Source: Eledone cirrhosa
Lineage: Eukaryota
NCBI GenBank assembly: GCA_964016885.1
Contig: OZ024763.1
Coordinates: forward strand, 5,270,001 to 5,334,000
Reading direction: 5' to 3'
DNA: 64,000 nt
Program-made: the position numbers and the translations under genes
The notes under the pieces: model-generated
The model's input: only the letters and a program-made list of their open reading frames with translations
Told to the model about the DNA's origin: nothing
Databases searched by the model: none
In this document: one piece after another, positions 40,289-52,037 of the stretch
How positions within the stretch are numbered: the stretch's first letter is position 1
How the letters are laid out: each line of letters opens with the position of its first letter

Positions 40289-41031
40289 GTTAGTAGATTT
40301 TTTTTTATTTTTGTTTAGTTTTTTTAATTTTATATTTTTGCCTTCGCTAATGACCATTGCTCACCACCACCATCACCACCACCATCATCACCATTACCAC
40401 CACCACCACCAACATCATCACCATTACCACCACCACCACCACCAACATCATCACCAATACTACCACCATCATCACCAATACCACCACCATCACCACTACC
40501 ACCACCATCATCATCACCAATACCACCACCATTCTTATAAGCGGGGAGGGGGGATAAACAGTGGAGTGTTGGGAAATCAGTTATTGTATAGTGTACATTT
40601 ATAAATATGGGATTTCTTGTAAGGTTCTTTTTTTGTCACATACAGTGTCCCTAAAAAATGTATACATAAAGGTTGTGCATTCTAATAAATATTTCCTGTA
40701 CAGATAATCAAAGTGTGTATACATTTTGAGGGCACCCCCTGTATAATGTGTTTTTAATGTAAAATAAAATTATTAAATTCTCCAGCTGCTGTATCAATAT
40801 GAATCACTTACAATAAAATGAATTTCATGAATTTTAGGAATTTTAAGAAAATTTAATAAATTGGAGCGGTGGTGGGGGATTTGAAAAATTAACAAGCAGG
40901 AGGAGGGAGCAATTATTCAACCCCATAAATTTAACCTTTGAAAAATTGATCTAAAAAAGATTTGACTTTGACACGAGTGTGTACAGTAATTTGTTATCAA
41001 AACATAATTTTGATTTTTTTTTTTTTTCCAG

Positions 41032-41179
41032 TTATCGATCCCTGAAGCAAGAAGTTCTATGGAATGGAATCGTCTGGTTATTTACAACACAGTATTATCA
41101 GATTCAGATGACTACATATGTACAATGACAATTAGGGGCCAAAGGTTTACCAGCAGCGCCAAATTGACAATCGAACCCA
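41032..41179 (+). CDS. HSPG2: Perlecan exon, Ig #5 C-half
   Basis: 148 nt; LSIPEARSSMEWNRLVIYNTVLSDSDDYICTMTIRGQRFTSSAKLTIEP. Confidence 0.9.
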
Positions 41180-41652
41180 GTGAGTATATTATAAGAAGTT
41201 TACTTGAAAACCTTTGACAAAACTTTAAAATATTTCTCATGTTTGTTATGTATGGACCCAACTGTGTATTGGGATGGGGTGGGAAGTAGGGATGTAACTG
41301 CACCCCCACCAAAAAAATTGTTGTCAGAAAATTAGAAACGTCTGCACACACCCCACAAAAAACTGAAAGAGAAAATACCCTTATGTAAGGACCTGCATAT
41401 GAAGGTCCTTGACTTGGAGCAGGGTTTCTGAAACTTTTTCAAATGTGGAATCCTTTTTGGTTCAGAAACCTTTGGGGGGGGGGGCCCCGAAGTCTAACCC
41501 CTCTCTAATTCTCTCTCCCCTCTTTCTCATTCTCTCCTATTCTCTCTCATTCTATCTCCCCCCCCCTCTCATCCCCCCCTCTCTATCGTTTCAATCACAA
41601 CACTGCTGCAATCATCTGATATATTACATTATATTTCTCTTCTCTTCTTCAG

Positions 41653-41777
41653 CTGAACCAATGACTTTAACTATTAATCCACCTCGTTTGTCGCTCTCTG
41701 TTGGAGAAACTGCCAAATTCATGTGTCAAATTGAAGGAGGAAAAACTGCAAACATTCACTGGACCAGAAGTAATAAT
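41653..41777 (+). CDS. HSPG2: Perlecan exon, Ig #6 (type B) N-half
   Basis: 125 nt; EPMTLTINPPRLSLSVGETAKFMCQIEGGKTANIHWTRSNN. Confidence 0.9.
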
Positions 41778-42645
41778 GTATGTTCATTAACAAACACTCT
41801 TATATCTTATTGTTCATTGTGGGTCATTGGATAGCATACTAGACTAGGGAATCAGCGGTGATGTGTTCGACTCCTGTCACACTCCACATCCTTCACTTTC
41901 CCATTAGGAAGGGCATCCAGCCACAGAAAACCTGCCAGATACAGTTCTATACAGGCGAGACATGGTCACCCAACCAATCTTACCTCAAGTGGGACAATCC
42001 CGTCTAACCCATGCTAGTATGAAAGATAGATGTTAAACAAGCATGATGATGATCATCATATTTATGTAATTTATGTATATTTATATACACCACCATCACC
42101 AATACCATCATCACCATCACATTATCATGGTGTTACATCCATTTTTCATGCTGACCAGGATTATATATTTTCCTATATATATACATTTTCCTATATATAT
42201 ATATAAATATATATATATAAATGTAAATGTGGTTGGTGTTAGGAAGGGCATCCAGCTGTAGAAAACCCGCCAGACAGTCCTATGCGAGCAAGACAACGAC
42301 TCTTGCCTCAAGTGGGAAAACTCCCATCCAAACCCATGCAAGCATGGAACATGGACGTTAAACGATGATGATGATGATGATATAGGAAAATGTATGACCC
42401 CGACGGCAGAGCTCAAGCCGTTTCAACAGCTATTTCTAGACAAAAGTAGAATTAAGAAGGAAGGTTTGTGGAAAAACCACAAACCCTCCATCTCAATTCT
42501 ACTTTTGAAAAGCACAAGAACTGCGAAACTGGTAAAGGAACCAAATAAATATATATTTTTTAAAAAAAGACTCCAGTTGCATTTTTGATTTCATCTTTTT
42601 TCCTTATACTTTCGTTATTTTTTCATTTTTGTAAAAAAACCTCAC

Positions 42646-42679
<34 letters not shown>

Positions 42680-42687
<8 letters not shown>

Positions 42688-42790
42688 CTAAAAACACCGG
42701 TTCTCGTCCGATCACCGAAGTTAAGCAGCGTCGAGCCTAGTTAGTACTTAGATGGGTGACCGCTTGGGAACCCTAGGTGCCGTAACCTTT
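42680..42790 (+). pseudogene. 5S rRNA copy lacking about the first 10 nt
   Basis: atatcacgctaaaaacaccggttctcgtccgatcaccgaagttaagcagcgtcgagcctagttagtacttagatgggtgaccgcttgggaaccctaggtgccgtaaccttt; metazoan 5S with box A/box C; 5' end fused to (TA)n. Confidence 0.9.
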
Positions 42791-43289
42791 CAATTTATGG
42801 AGGCACATGGCTTAGTGGTTAGAACATTGGCCTTGCAATCGAAAGGTTGTGAGTCCAATTCTCAGACCGGGCGATGAGTTGTTTCCTTGAGCAAGGCACT
42901 TTATTTCACATTGCTCCAGTTTACTCAGCTGTAGAAATGAGATGATAGGGACTGGGGTCCATATCATTCCACTGTAAAGTGGACGTCTAGGTGCCACGGC
43001 AAAAAAGCACCCAGCACTCACTGTAAATGAGGTTGGTGTTAGGAAGGGCATCCAGCTGTAGAAATCAAGCCAGAATCAGTTCCCGTCCCACCCTTGCAAG
43101 CAGGGAAAAAAGCGAACATAAAATGAAATGATATATATACTTATCAGAATGGATGCAAAAAAATACTGTTAGACTAATACAGGTTTAGATCTAGCTGTTG
43201 AAATGGCCGGAGCTCAGCTGCCGCTGTCCCAACTCCTTCACATATTCATAAATATAGATTAGATTAACGCTTGAAATACAGGAAGAGGG

Positions 43290-43325
43290 TCTTAACATTT
43301 CGAACGTTAGTCCTTCATCAGAAGA
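43290..43325 (-). ncRNA. Minimal hammerhead motif, decayed
   Basis: Minus strand: UCUU CUGAUGA AGGAC UAAC GUUC GAAAUGUU AAGA; homologous to 54421-54456. Confidence 0.55.
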
Positions 43326-43545
43326 AAGAATTAAAAAGATTGAAAGGACGGGCGGGTTGGAATTGGAAAAAATGTCTTTAGAGAAAATTAAGAGACCCAT
43401 TCATGTTGCCTTCTCTCTATATGTTTCACGTGATCATGAGTTTTATTATAATGATATATATATAATTATGTATAGTTGTAATCTTTATACAAGCCCCATT
43501 ATTTTCTAATATGTTACTAAAAGGACTATTTTCTCTTCTTCACAG

Positions 43546-43690
43546 CGTCCATTAAACTCGAGGACTACAGTACAAGATGGTATCCTGATGATCAATTCTG
43601 TGAGAAATTCTGATGCCGGAGAATATGTTTGTACGGCATTTGGTGATTCTGGAAGAACTTCCAAATCTGCAGAATTGGTAGTAGGATCAG
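43546..43690 (+). CDS. HSPG2: Perlecan exon, Ig #6 C-half
   Basis: 145 nt; [48 protein letters not shown]. Confidence 0.9.
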
Positions 43691-43717
43691 GTTTGTTAAG
43701 TTCTCTTATTCTCTTAT

Positions 43718-43771
<54 letters not shown>

Positions 43772-43778
43772 ATTGTTT

Positions 43779-43820
43779 ATGCCCTTGAGAAGCCCAACTG
43801 GGCGAAACGTACGTAGGTGA
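43779..43820 (+). ncRNA. Variant-core minimal hammerhead-like motif
   Basis: GCC CUUGAGAA GCCC AACU GGGC GAAA CGUACG UA GGU; palindromic stem III, non-canonical core. Confidence 0.45.
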
Positions 43821-44553
43821 TATTTTAAATAAACATGTTTTAACGGTCTATTCTCCGATTTTTCACTTTCCCACGTATATATATATGTATATATGTATAT
43901 GTACATATTCATATACATTATATACAATATATATATATGTATATATATATATGTATATGTATAATGAAAAATTGAACAGGGACAGAACAGAGAGGCAGTA
44001 CAATAAATGTTTATTAAATTCACGCTCAGGAGAGTGGAGGGTAGGTGGGGGACGACGTTTCGGGCATAAGCCCTTCATACATATATATTGTATATAATGT
44101 ATATAAATATATACATATATATATATATTTTATATAATGTATATGTATATGTACATATTCATATACATTATATACAATATATATATATATGTATATATTT
44201 ATATACATTATATAAAATATATATATATATGTATATGTACATATTTATATACATTATATAAAATATATATATATGTGTATATGTACATATATGTACATAT
44301 ATATATATATGTGTATATGTACATATATGTATATATCAAATTAAAAAGTCATGTTAAAACCTCACAATAATCCCTTATAATTCAATAAGTCTAACCCCTC
44401 TCTAATTCTCTCTCCCCTTTTTCTCATTCTCTCCTATTCTCTCTCATTCTATCGCCCCTCTCTCTCTCATTCCCCCCCTCTCTCTATCGTTTCAATCACA
44501 ACACTGCTGCAATCATCTGATATATTGCATTATATTTCTCTTCTCTTCTTCAG

Positions 44554-44678
44554 CTGAACCAATGACTTTAACTATTAATCCACCTCGTTTGTCGCTCTCT
44601 GTTGGAGAAACTGCCAAATTCATGTGTCAAATTGAAGGAGGAAAAACTGCAAACATTCTCTGGACCAGAAGTAATAAT
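44554..44678 (+). CDS. HSPG2: Perlecan exon, Ig #7 N-half (recent duplicate of Ig #6)
   Basis: Identical to 41653-41777 except CAC>CTC (H>L); splice sites intact. Confidence 0.82.
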
Positions 44679-45596
44679 GTATGTTCATTAACAAACACTC
44701 TTATATCTTATTGTTCATTGTGGGTCATTGGATAGCACACTAGATTAGGGAATCAGAGGTCATGTGTTCGACTCCTGCCACACTCCACATCCTTCACTTT
44801 CCCGTTAGGAAGGGCATCCAGCCACAGAAAACCTGCCAGATACAGTTCTATACAGGCGAGACATGGTCACCCAACCAATCTTACCTCAAGTGGGACAATC
44901 CCGTCTAACCCATGCTAGTATGAAAGATAGATGTTAAACAAGCATGATGATGATCATCATATTTATGTAATTTATGTATATTTATATACACCACCATCAC
45001 CAATACCATCATCACCATCACATTATCATGGTGTTACATCCATTTTTCATGCTGACCAGGATTATACATTTTCCTATATATATACATTTTCCTATATATA
45101 TATATCAATATATATATATAAATGTAAATGTGGTTGGTGTTAGGAAGGGCATCCAGCTATAGAAAACCCACCAGACAGTCTTATGCGAGCAAGACAACCA
45201 CTCTTGCCTCAAGTGGGAAAACTCCCATGCAAGCGTGGAACATGGACGTTAAACGATGACGATGATGATATAGGAAAATGTATGACCCCGACGGCAGAGC
45301 TCAAGCCGTTTCGACAGCTATTTCTAGACAAAAGTAGAATTGAGAAGGAGGGTTTGTGGAAAAACCACAAACCCTCCATCTCAATTCTACTTTTGAAAAG
45401 CACAAGAACTGCGAAACTGGTAAAGGAACCAAATAAATATATATTTTTAAAAAAAGACTCCAGTTGCATTTTTGATTTCATCTTTTTTCCTTATACTTTC
45501 GTTATTTTTTCATTTTTGTAAAAAAACCTCACTTTCTAATATATATATATATATATATATAATATAAGATCAAAAGATGGTTAAAGGAGTTCCATA

Positions 45597-45667
45597 TATT
45601 TTATTATGCGCATTTCAAAAACAAACATCATCAAACAATAATATTTGTGTTTTCATCAGATAAAACA
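45597..45667 (-). ncRNA. Minimal type I hammerhead ribozyme motif (left arm of inverted repeat)
   Basis: Reverse complement of 45808-45878. Confidence 0.75.
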
Positions 45668-45807
45668 GGAGAACATGATATGAAGGCTAAAAAAACACTT
45701 GTTGATAGTGCAGTTTTAAATCAACAGTTTTAAATCAACAGTTTTAAATCAACAGTTTTAAATCAACAGTTTTAAATCAACATTTTAGCCTTCATATCAT
45801 GTTCTCC

Positions 45808-45878
45808 TGTTTTATCTGATGAAAACACAAATATTATTGTTTGATGATGTTTGTTTTTGAAATGCGCATAATAAAATA
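45808..45878 (+). ncRNA. Minimal type I hammerhead ribozyme motif (right arm of inverted repeat)
   Basis: UGUUUUAU CUGAUGA AAACACAAAUAUUAUU GUUU GAUGAUGUUUGUUUUU GAAA UGCGCA UA AUAAAAUA. Confidence 0.75.
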
Positions 45879-45997
45879 TATGGAACTCCTTTAACCATCT
45901 TTTGATCTTATATTATGCATACTCCAGTCCCACAAACTGTAGAGTGCTTCTTATCCGATATCTGCATTGCTTTATTGTACTACAATAAAACTCACCT

Positions 45998-46034
<37 letters not shown>

Positions 46035-46042
<8 letters not shown>

Positions 46043-46145
46043 CTAAAAACACCGGTTCTCGTCCGATCACCGAAGTTAAGCAGCGTCGAGCCTAGTTAGT
46101 ACTTAGATGGGTGACCGCTTGGGAACCCTAGGTGCCGAAACCTTT
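46035..46145 (+). pseudogene. 5S rRNA copy lacking about the first 10 nt (duplicate)
   Basis: Same as 42680-42790 with one change near the 3' end; ends 30 nt before the exon at 46176. Confidence 0.9.
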
Positions 46146-46175
46146 ACTAAAAAGACTATTTTCTCTTCTTCACAG

Positions 46176-46320
46176 CGTCCATTAAACTCGAGGACTACAG
46201 CACAAGATGGTATCCTGATGATCAATTCTGTGAGAAATTCTGATGCCGGAGAATATGTTTGTACGGCATTTGGTGATTCTGGAAGAACTTCCAAATCTGC
46301 AGAATTGGTAGTAGGATCAG
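46176..46320 (+). CDS. HSPG2: Perlecan exon, Ig #7 C-half (recent duplicate of Ig #6)
   Basis: Identical to 43546-43690 except GTA>GCA (V>A); splice sites intact. Confidence 0.82.
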
Positions 46321-46347
46321 GTTTGTTAAGTTCTCTTATTCTCTTAT

Positions 46348-46386
<39 letters not shown>

Positions 46387-46401
46387 TCATATACATTATA
46401 T

Positions 46402-46444
<43 letters not shown>

Positions 46445-46467
46445 GTATATATTTATATACATTATAT

Positions 46468-46512
<45 letters not shown>

Positions 46513-46535
46513 GTATATATTTATATACATTATAT

Positions 46536-46576
<41 letters not shown>

Positions 46577-46843
46577 GTATATATTTATATACATTATATA
46601 CAATATATATGTATATGTACATATTTATATACATTCATCATCATCATCATCATCACCGTTTTACGTCCGTTCTTCCACGCTAGCATGGGTTAGACGGGTT
46701 GTCCTGTTGTCCATCGTCGGGGTCATACTTTTTCCTATATATATATATATATATATATACATAGGTCCCGGGTTGAGTCGGGGATAACCACAGTAAGTAA
46801 GGTACTCAATACATGGCAGAGTAAAATTTTTTATTTTATAGAA

Positions 46844-46898
46844 GGAGCTTCTACAGGACTAGCACTGTTTCCTTCAGATGAAATCTTCAGGAAGCTCC
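46844..46898 (-). ncRNA. Type I hammerhead ribozyme motif
   Basis: Minus strand: GGAGCUUC CUGAAGA UUUC AUCU GAAG GAAACAG UGCUAGUC CUGUA GAAGCUCC; 8-bp stem I, GUA site; second copy on + strand at 46893-46946. Confidence 0.75.
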
Positions 46899-47175
46899 CT
46901 GAAGATTTCATCTGAATGAAACAGTACTAGTCCTGTAGAAGCTCCTTCTATATATATATATATATATGACAACTATGGCTTAAATACCCACACCAACTCG
47001 CAATTGGCCAGGCGTGGTGGGTACAACTACATCCCTGAAGACATGACTAAAACCAAACAGAAAGTGGAGAAGGTCAACCAGGGAGGGGTTCGTTTAACAG
47101 GAGTGAGAAGACCCTGGATTAAGATGGGATTAAATTAGACAGTAATTAAATGATTAATACGTATTTCTGTTACAG

Positions 47176-47300
47176 ATGCCAGAACAGTGGTTTCAGTTAC
47201 TCCCAAAACTGTGACCATCCGTGTTGGAGAAACAACTAAATTTATGTGTCAAATCAACACTGGAATCACTAACTCCTTACAGTGGACCAAAGACAGAAGA
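47176..47300 (+). CDS. HSPG2: Perlecan exon, Ig #8 (type B) N-half
   Basis: 125 nt; ARTVVSVTPKTVTIRVGETTKFMCQINTGITNSLQWTKDRR. Confidence 0.9.
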
Positions 47301-48347
47301 GTAAGTAGACTTATCTCCCCTATCTCTTATACACACACCTCCTCTCTCTTTCTCACTCAAATCTTTATCTCTCCTCTCTCTTATACACACACACACACCT
47401 CTTCTCTCTTTATTACTCACTCTCTATCTCTCCTCTCTCTTATACACACACACACACCTCCTCTCTCTTTCTCACTCAAATCTTTATCTCTCCTCTCTCT
47501 TATACACACACACACACACCTCTTCTCTCTTTCTCACTCACTCTCTATCTCTTCTCTCATACACACACACACCTCTTCTCTCTTTCTCACTCACTCTCTA
47601 TCTCTCCTCTCTCTTATACACACACACACACCTCCTCTCTCTTTCTCACTCAAATCTTTATCTCTCCTCTCTCTTATACACACACACCTCTTCTCTCTTT
47701 CTCACTCACTCTCTATCTCTCCTCTCTCATACACACACACACACACACACCTCTTCTCTCTTTCTTACTCTCTCTATCTCCCCTCCTCTCTCTTTGTCAC
47801 TCTCTCTCTATCTCTCCTCTCTCTTATACACACACACACACCTCTTCTCTCTTTCTTACTCTCTCTATCTCCCCTCCTCTCTCTTTGTCACTCTCTCTCT
47901 ATCTCTCCTATCTCTTATACACACACCTCCTCTCTCTTTCTCACTCACTCTCTATCTCTCCTCTCTCTTTGTCACTCTCTCTATCTCCCCTACTCTCTCT
48001 TTGTCACTCTCTCTATCTCCCCTCCTCTCTCTTTGTCACTCTCTCTCTATCTCCCCTATCTCATATACACACACCTCCTCTCTCTTTGTCACTCACTCTC
48101 TATCTCTCCTCTCTCTTATACACACACACACACTTCTTCTCTCTTTCTTACTCTCTCTATCTCCCCTCCTCTCTCTTTGTCACTCTCTCTCTTTATCATT
48201 CTATCTCTCTTTCTTTCTGTTGTAAAGAATTAAATGATTTAAGGAAATATTTTTATCTTTTATGGAAGAAATCTGTTGTATTCACAGAAATATATATAAC
48301 AGCAACTATAAATAAAGTTAATTTTAACCTTTTGACTTACACTTCTT

Positions 48348-48398
<51 letters not shown>

Positions 48399-48632
48399 TA
48401 TATTTTTGAAACGATCGACTTTCGTCAAATCGGACCGGGGGAACAATGTTTCCGTTAGTCTTTCCAATTGCTAATACTATCTATCGGTCGCAACTCCAAG
48501 TAGAAGGAGCAACGTGAAATAAAGTGTCTTGCTCAAGGACATAACGCATCGCCTGGTCCAGGAATCGAACTCACAACCTTACGATTGCGAATCCAATTCT
48601 CTAACCACTCAGCCACACACCTTCACCTATTC

Positions 48633-48668
<36 letters not shown>

Positions 48669-48731
48669 TCATACAAATACAAAACATTCGTTAATAATCC
48701 AATAATCTCTTCGGTCTCCGTTTCTTTGCAG

Positions 48732-48876
48732 CAAGTAGCAAATTCCCGAATCACCTCAGATAGAGGAATCCTGATGATCACTCATGCAATAATGAGTGAC
48801 GCAGGAGAATATGTTTGCACAGGTTTAGGTCCAGAGGGTCGTGTCTCTGAAACAGTTGAACTGATTGTCCAACCGG
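48732..48876 (+). CDS. HSPG2: Perlecan exon, Ig #8 C-half
   Basis: 145 nt; [48 protein letters not shown]. Confidence 0.9.
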
Positions 48877-49815
48877 GTAAGGAAGATATTTTCATTTTTG
48901 TTGCTAAATCTGGTAAAATCTGTAAAGTTATGGTGTTGGTACCATGATAAAATACACCCAGTACACTCTGTACAGTTATGGTGTTGGTACCATGATAAAA
49001 TGTACCCAGTACACTCTGTAAAGTGTTAGTGATGGTACCATGATAAAATACCCCTAGTACACTCTGTACAATTATGGTGTTGGTACCATGATAAAATGTA
49101 CCCAGTACACTCTGTAAAGTGTTAGTGATGGTACCATGATAAAATACCCCCAGTGCAATCTGTAAAGTTATGGTGTTGGTACCATGATAAAATACACCCA
49201 GTACACTCTGTAAAGGTCCCAACTCATACATATATATATACATATATATATATATGTATGTATATATTTTGTGAGTGTGTTTTATCATTATATCTGGCAA
49301 TATTATAACAATATGACCGTCCCCAAATATAAACTGTGTATAAGAGGGATAAATTGTTGTGTGCGGGAGAGAAGACTGTGATGGTATCGACATGTGATGC
49401 GCATGGAGGATGACCGCTGGGTAAAGAAGTGGGAAGAAATCCCAGTAGAAGGAAGACGCAGTAGAGGAAGACCACGAAAAACATGGGCGGAGGTGGTGAG
49501 AGCAGATCTCAAGATCGCTGAAGCTCACGGAGGAGATGACGAAGGACTGTGACAAGTGGAGAGATGCTGAATAGGACCCATCCCACCCTTGCAAGCAGGG
49601 AAAAGCGGACGTAAAATGATGATGATGATGTTGATGATGTATAATGATAATAATAAAAAGGACAAGGTGTTAGATCTTTGTTACATTTATTGAGGTGTGA
49701 CGAGCATTTCACAATTGATGAGCTCAAGGTTCAGCCTATATTGGTTGAGCCTGACTCTGGAATCAAAAGCTCATCAGACTTATATAACTGATAAATCTCT
49801 TATTGTGTGTTTCAG

Positions 49816-49940
49816 ATTCAAGGTATACAGTTGAAATCAACCCTCCCAGTTTGCGAGTACGTACAGGTTCCCGTGCTGTCTTTACTTGTGATGTTATTGG
49901 TGTACGTGTGGCACAAGTAGAATGGTCGAGAAAATCAGGA
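49816..49940 (+). CDS. HSPG2: Perlecan exon, Ig #9 (type A) N-half
   Basis: 125 nt; SRYTVEINPPSLRVRTGSRAVFTCDVIGVRVAQVEWSRKSG. Confidence 0.9.
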
Positions 49941-50228
49941 GTAAGTAACCCTTTTTATTAGATTCATTATAAATTATAAACACCAATTTAACCCTTTAGC
50001 ATTTACATTACTCTATATATGCTATTGTATTTTCGTGATAACGGCTTTACCTCACATAATTACCTCACGTAATTACCTCAGATAATTATCTCACATAATT
50101 ACCTCACATAATTACCTCACATAATTACCTCAATAATTACCTCACGTAATTATCTCACATAATTACCTCACATAATTATCTTTTTTTTTTTTTTTTAAAT
50201 TTATCTTAATCAATATTTCTTCCTGCAG

Positions 50229-50373
50229 AAACAAATATCACGAAGAGCTTCGATCAATGGCAATCGATTGGTTATCTATAATATTGAACCCTCTGATGCT
50301 GATGATTATGTATGTGAGGTGACCATTGGAAGAGAAAAGCTGAACAAAATGGCAAACCTTGGAGTGGATCTGC
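50229..50373 (+). CDS. HSPG2: Perlecan exon, Ig #9 C-half
   Basis: 145 nt; KQISRRASINGNRLVIYNIEPSDADDYVCEVTIGREKLNKMANLGVDL. Confidence 0.9.
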
Positions 50374-50835
50374 GTAAGTTTAAAATAGATGTTTGCTTCT
50401 CATATATATATATATATACCTACACCTAAAGTCTGTCTTAAGCCAGAAGGCTCATTTGGCTGGTGCTTATCCTGGTTTCATGGTGTGAAGTGACTGAGAG
50501 TACAAGACTCCCCCCTGGACAGGACACTAGTCTATTGCAGGGTTAAACCCCCAGCTATTGCTGGTACTCATTTTCAGCTGAGTATACTGGAGCAACATAA
50601 ATGAAGTGTTTTGCTCAAGAACACAGCACGCAACCCAGGAATAGAACCCACGACATTATGATCGTAAGTCAAACACCCTTACCACTAGGCCTCCACTCTT
50701 ATATATATTCTGTTCTGTCCCCAAAATTGTATACATACTTTGATTAGAATAGAATGCTGTTGAAGTGTTGTACCATTTGCTATGACTTCCCTCCTATATT
50801 CTATAGTTGTTGAATTTCTTCCCTATATCTTATAG

Positions 50836-50960
50836 TTGTACCATTTGCCATCACCGTCAACCCAAGATATCTGAATGTCCAAGAAGGTGACACCGCTAAG
50901 TTTATGTGCCAGATTTCTGGAGGACTATCAGGGAACATACAATGGACAAGAAGTGAAAGG
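50836..50960 (+). CDS. HSPG2: Perlecan exon, Ig #10 (type B) N-half
   Basis: 125 nt; VPFAITVNPRYLNVQEGDTAKFMCQISGGLSGNIQWTRSER. Confidence 0.9.
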
Positions 50961-51083
50961 GTGAGTATAACATCCACAAACTATTTTCTATTCTTTTATT
51001 CTTTTATTAGTGTCAGTTGTTAGACTGTGGCCATGCTGGAGTACTTGCCTTGAAAGGAATTTAGTCGATCAAATATTAGATTA

Positions 51084-51690
51084 GAATGTGGTTAAAATGT
51101 CTCAGGGAAGAATCACAGGACAGATTTGAGAGATCACAGCTCTGATATTACAGACATTTAGTTAAAATGTCTCAGGAAAGAATCACTGGACAGATTTGAG
51201 AGATCACAGCTCTGATATTACAAACATTTAGTTAAAATGTCTCGGGGAAAGAATCACTGGACAGATTTGAGAGATTACAGCTCTGATATTACAGACATGT
51301 GGTTAGAATGTCTCAGGAAAGAATCACTGGACAGATTTGAGAGATCACAGCTCTGATATTACAAACATTTAGTTAAAATGTCTCAGGAAAGAATCACTGG
51401 ACAGATTTGAGAGATCACAGCTCTGATATTACAGACATGTGGTTAGAATGTCTCAGGAAAGAATCACTGGACAGATTTGAGAGATCACAGCTCTGATATT
51501 ACAAACATTAAGTTAAAATGTCTCAGGAAAGAATCACTGGACAGATTTGAGAGATCACAGCTCTGATATTACAGAGATGTGGTTAGAATGTCTCAGGAAA
51601 GAATCACTGGACAGATTTGAGGGATCACAGCTCTGATATTACACACATATAGGTAGAATGTCTCAGGGAAGAATCACTGGACAGATTTGA
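51084..51690 (+). repeat. 70-bp tandem array, internally deleted derivative of the 123-bp unit
   Basis: Period 70 (51121, 51191); aatgtctcaggaaagaatcactggacagatttgagagatcacagctctgata. Confidence 0.8.
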
Positions 51691-52037
51691 AAGGGGTGTG
51701 AAGGGCAAGAAAGCTGGGAAGTCTCCACTGCCACAGACTCAAATACAAATCTATCAAAGAGTAGTGGTATCTACTGAAGCAAAAAATATTCTAGAGTGGC
51801 ACCACCCCAGCTCCCCAGCATCCAGCTGCTCCACTTGTGGGAACGAGATTGATTTATTAATTGATTAAATCATTAATGGATTGATCACCCCCACCTCCCA
51901 TCCGCCAGAAATTATTTTTTTATCTTTTTTTTTATTTTTCAAGTTTGGTAACTCTGTTAACAATATTTTTTTGTTGTTATTTGTTATTATCAATCTGCTG
52001 AGTTACTATGTGAATGTTCTCTGCTTTAACTTTGCAG

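Larger units (their letters stand above)
45561..46000. mobile_element. Penelope-like pLTR remnant, inverted repeat with two hammerheads, in (TA)n; related copy at 11284-11541
   Basis: Arms about 45561-45692 and 45783-45914; loop has about 5 copies of cagttttaaatcaa; absent from the paralogous TA tract at 42651-42683. Confidence 0.65.
41490..46635 (+). repeat. Recent tandem duplication of an Ig exon pair with introns (copy 1 from 41490, copy 2 from 44387)
   Basis: Near-identical intron and exon sequence starting aagtctaacccc in both copies. Confidence 0.9.

Noticed and set aside
42680-42790. Functional 5S rRNA gene
   Set aside because: The 5' strand of helix I and the upstream flank are replaced by (TA)n
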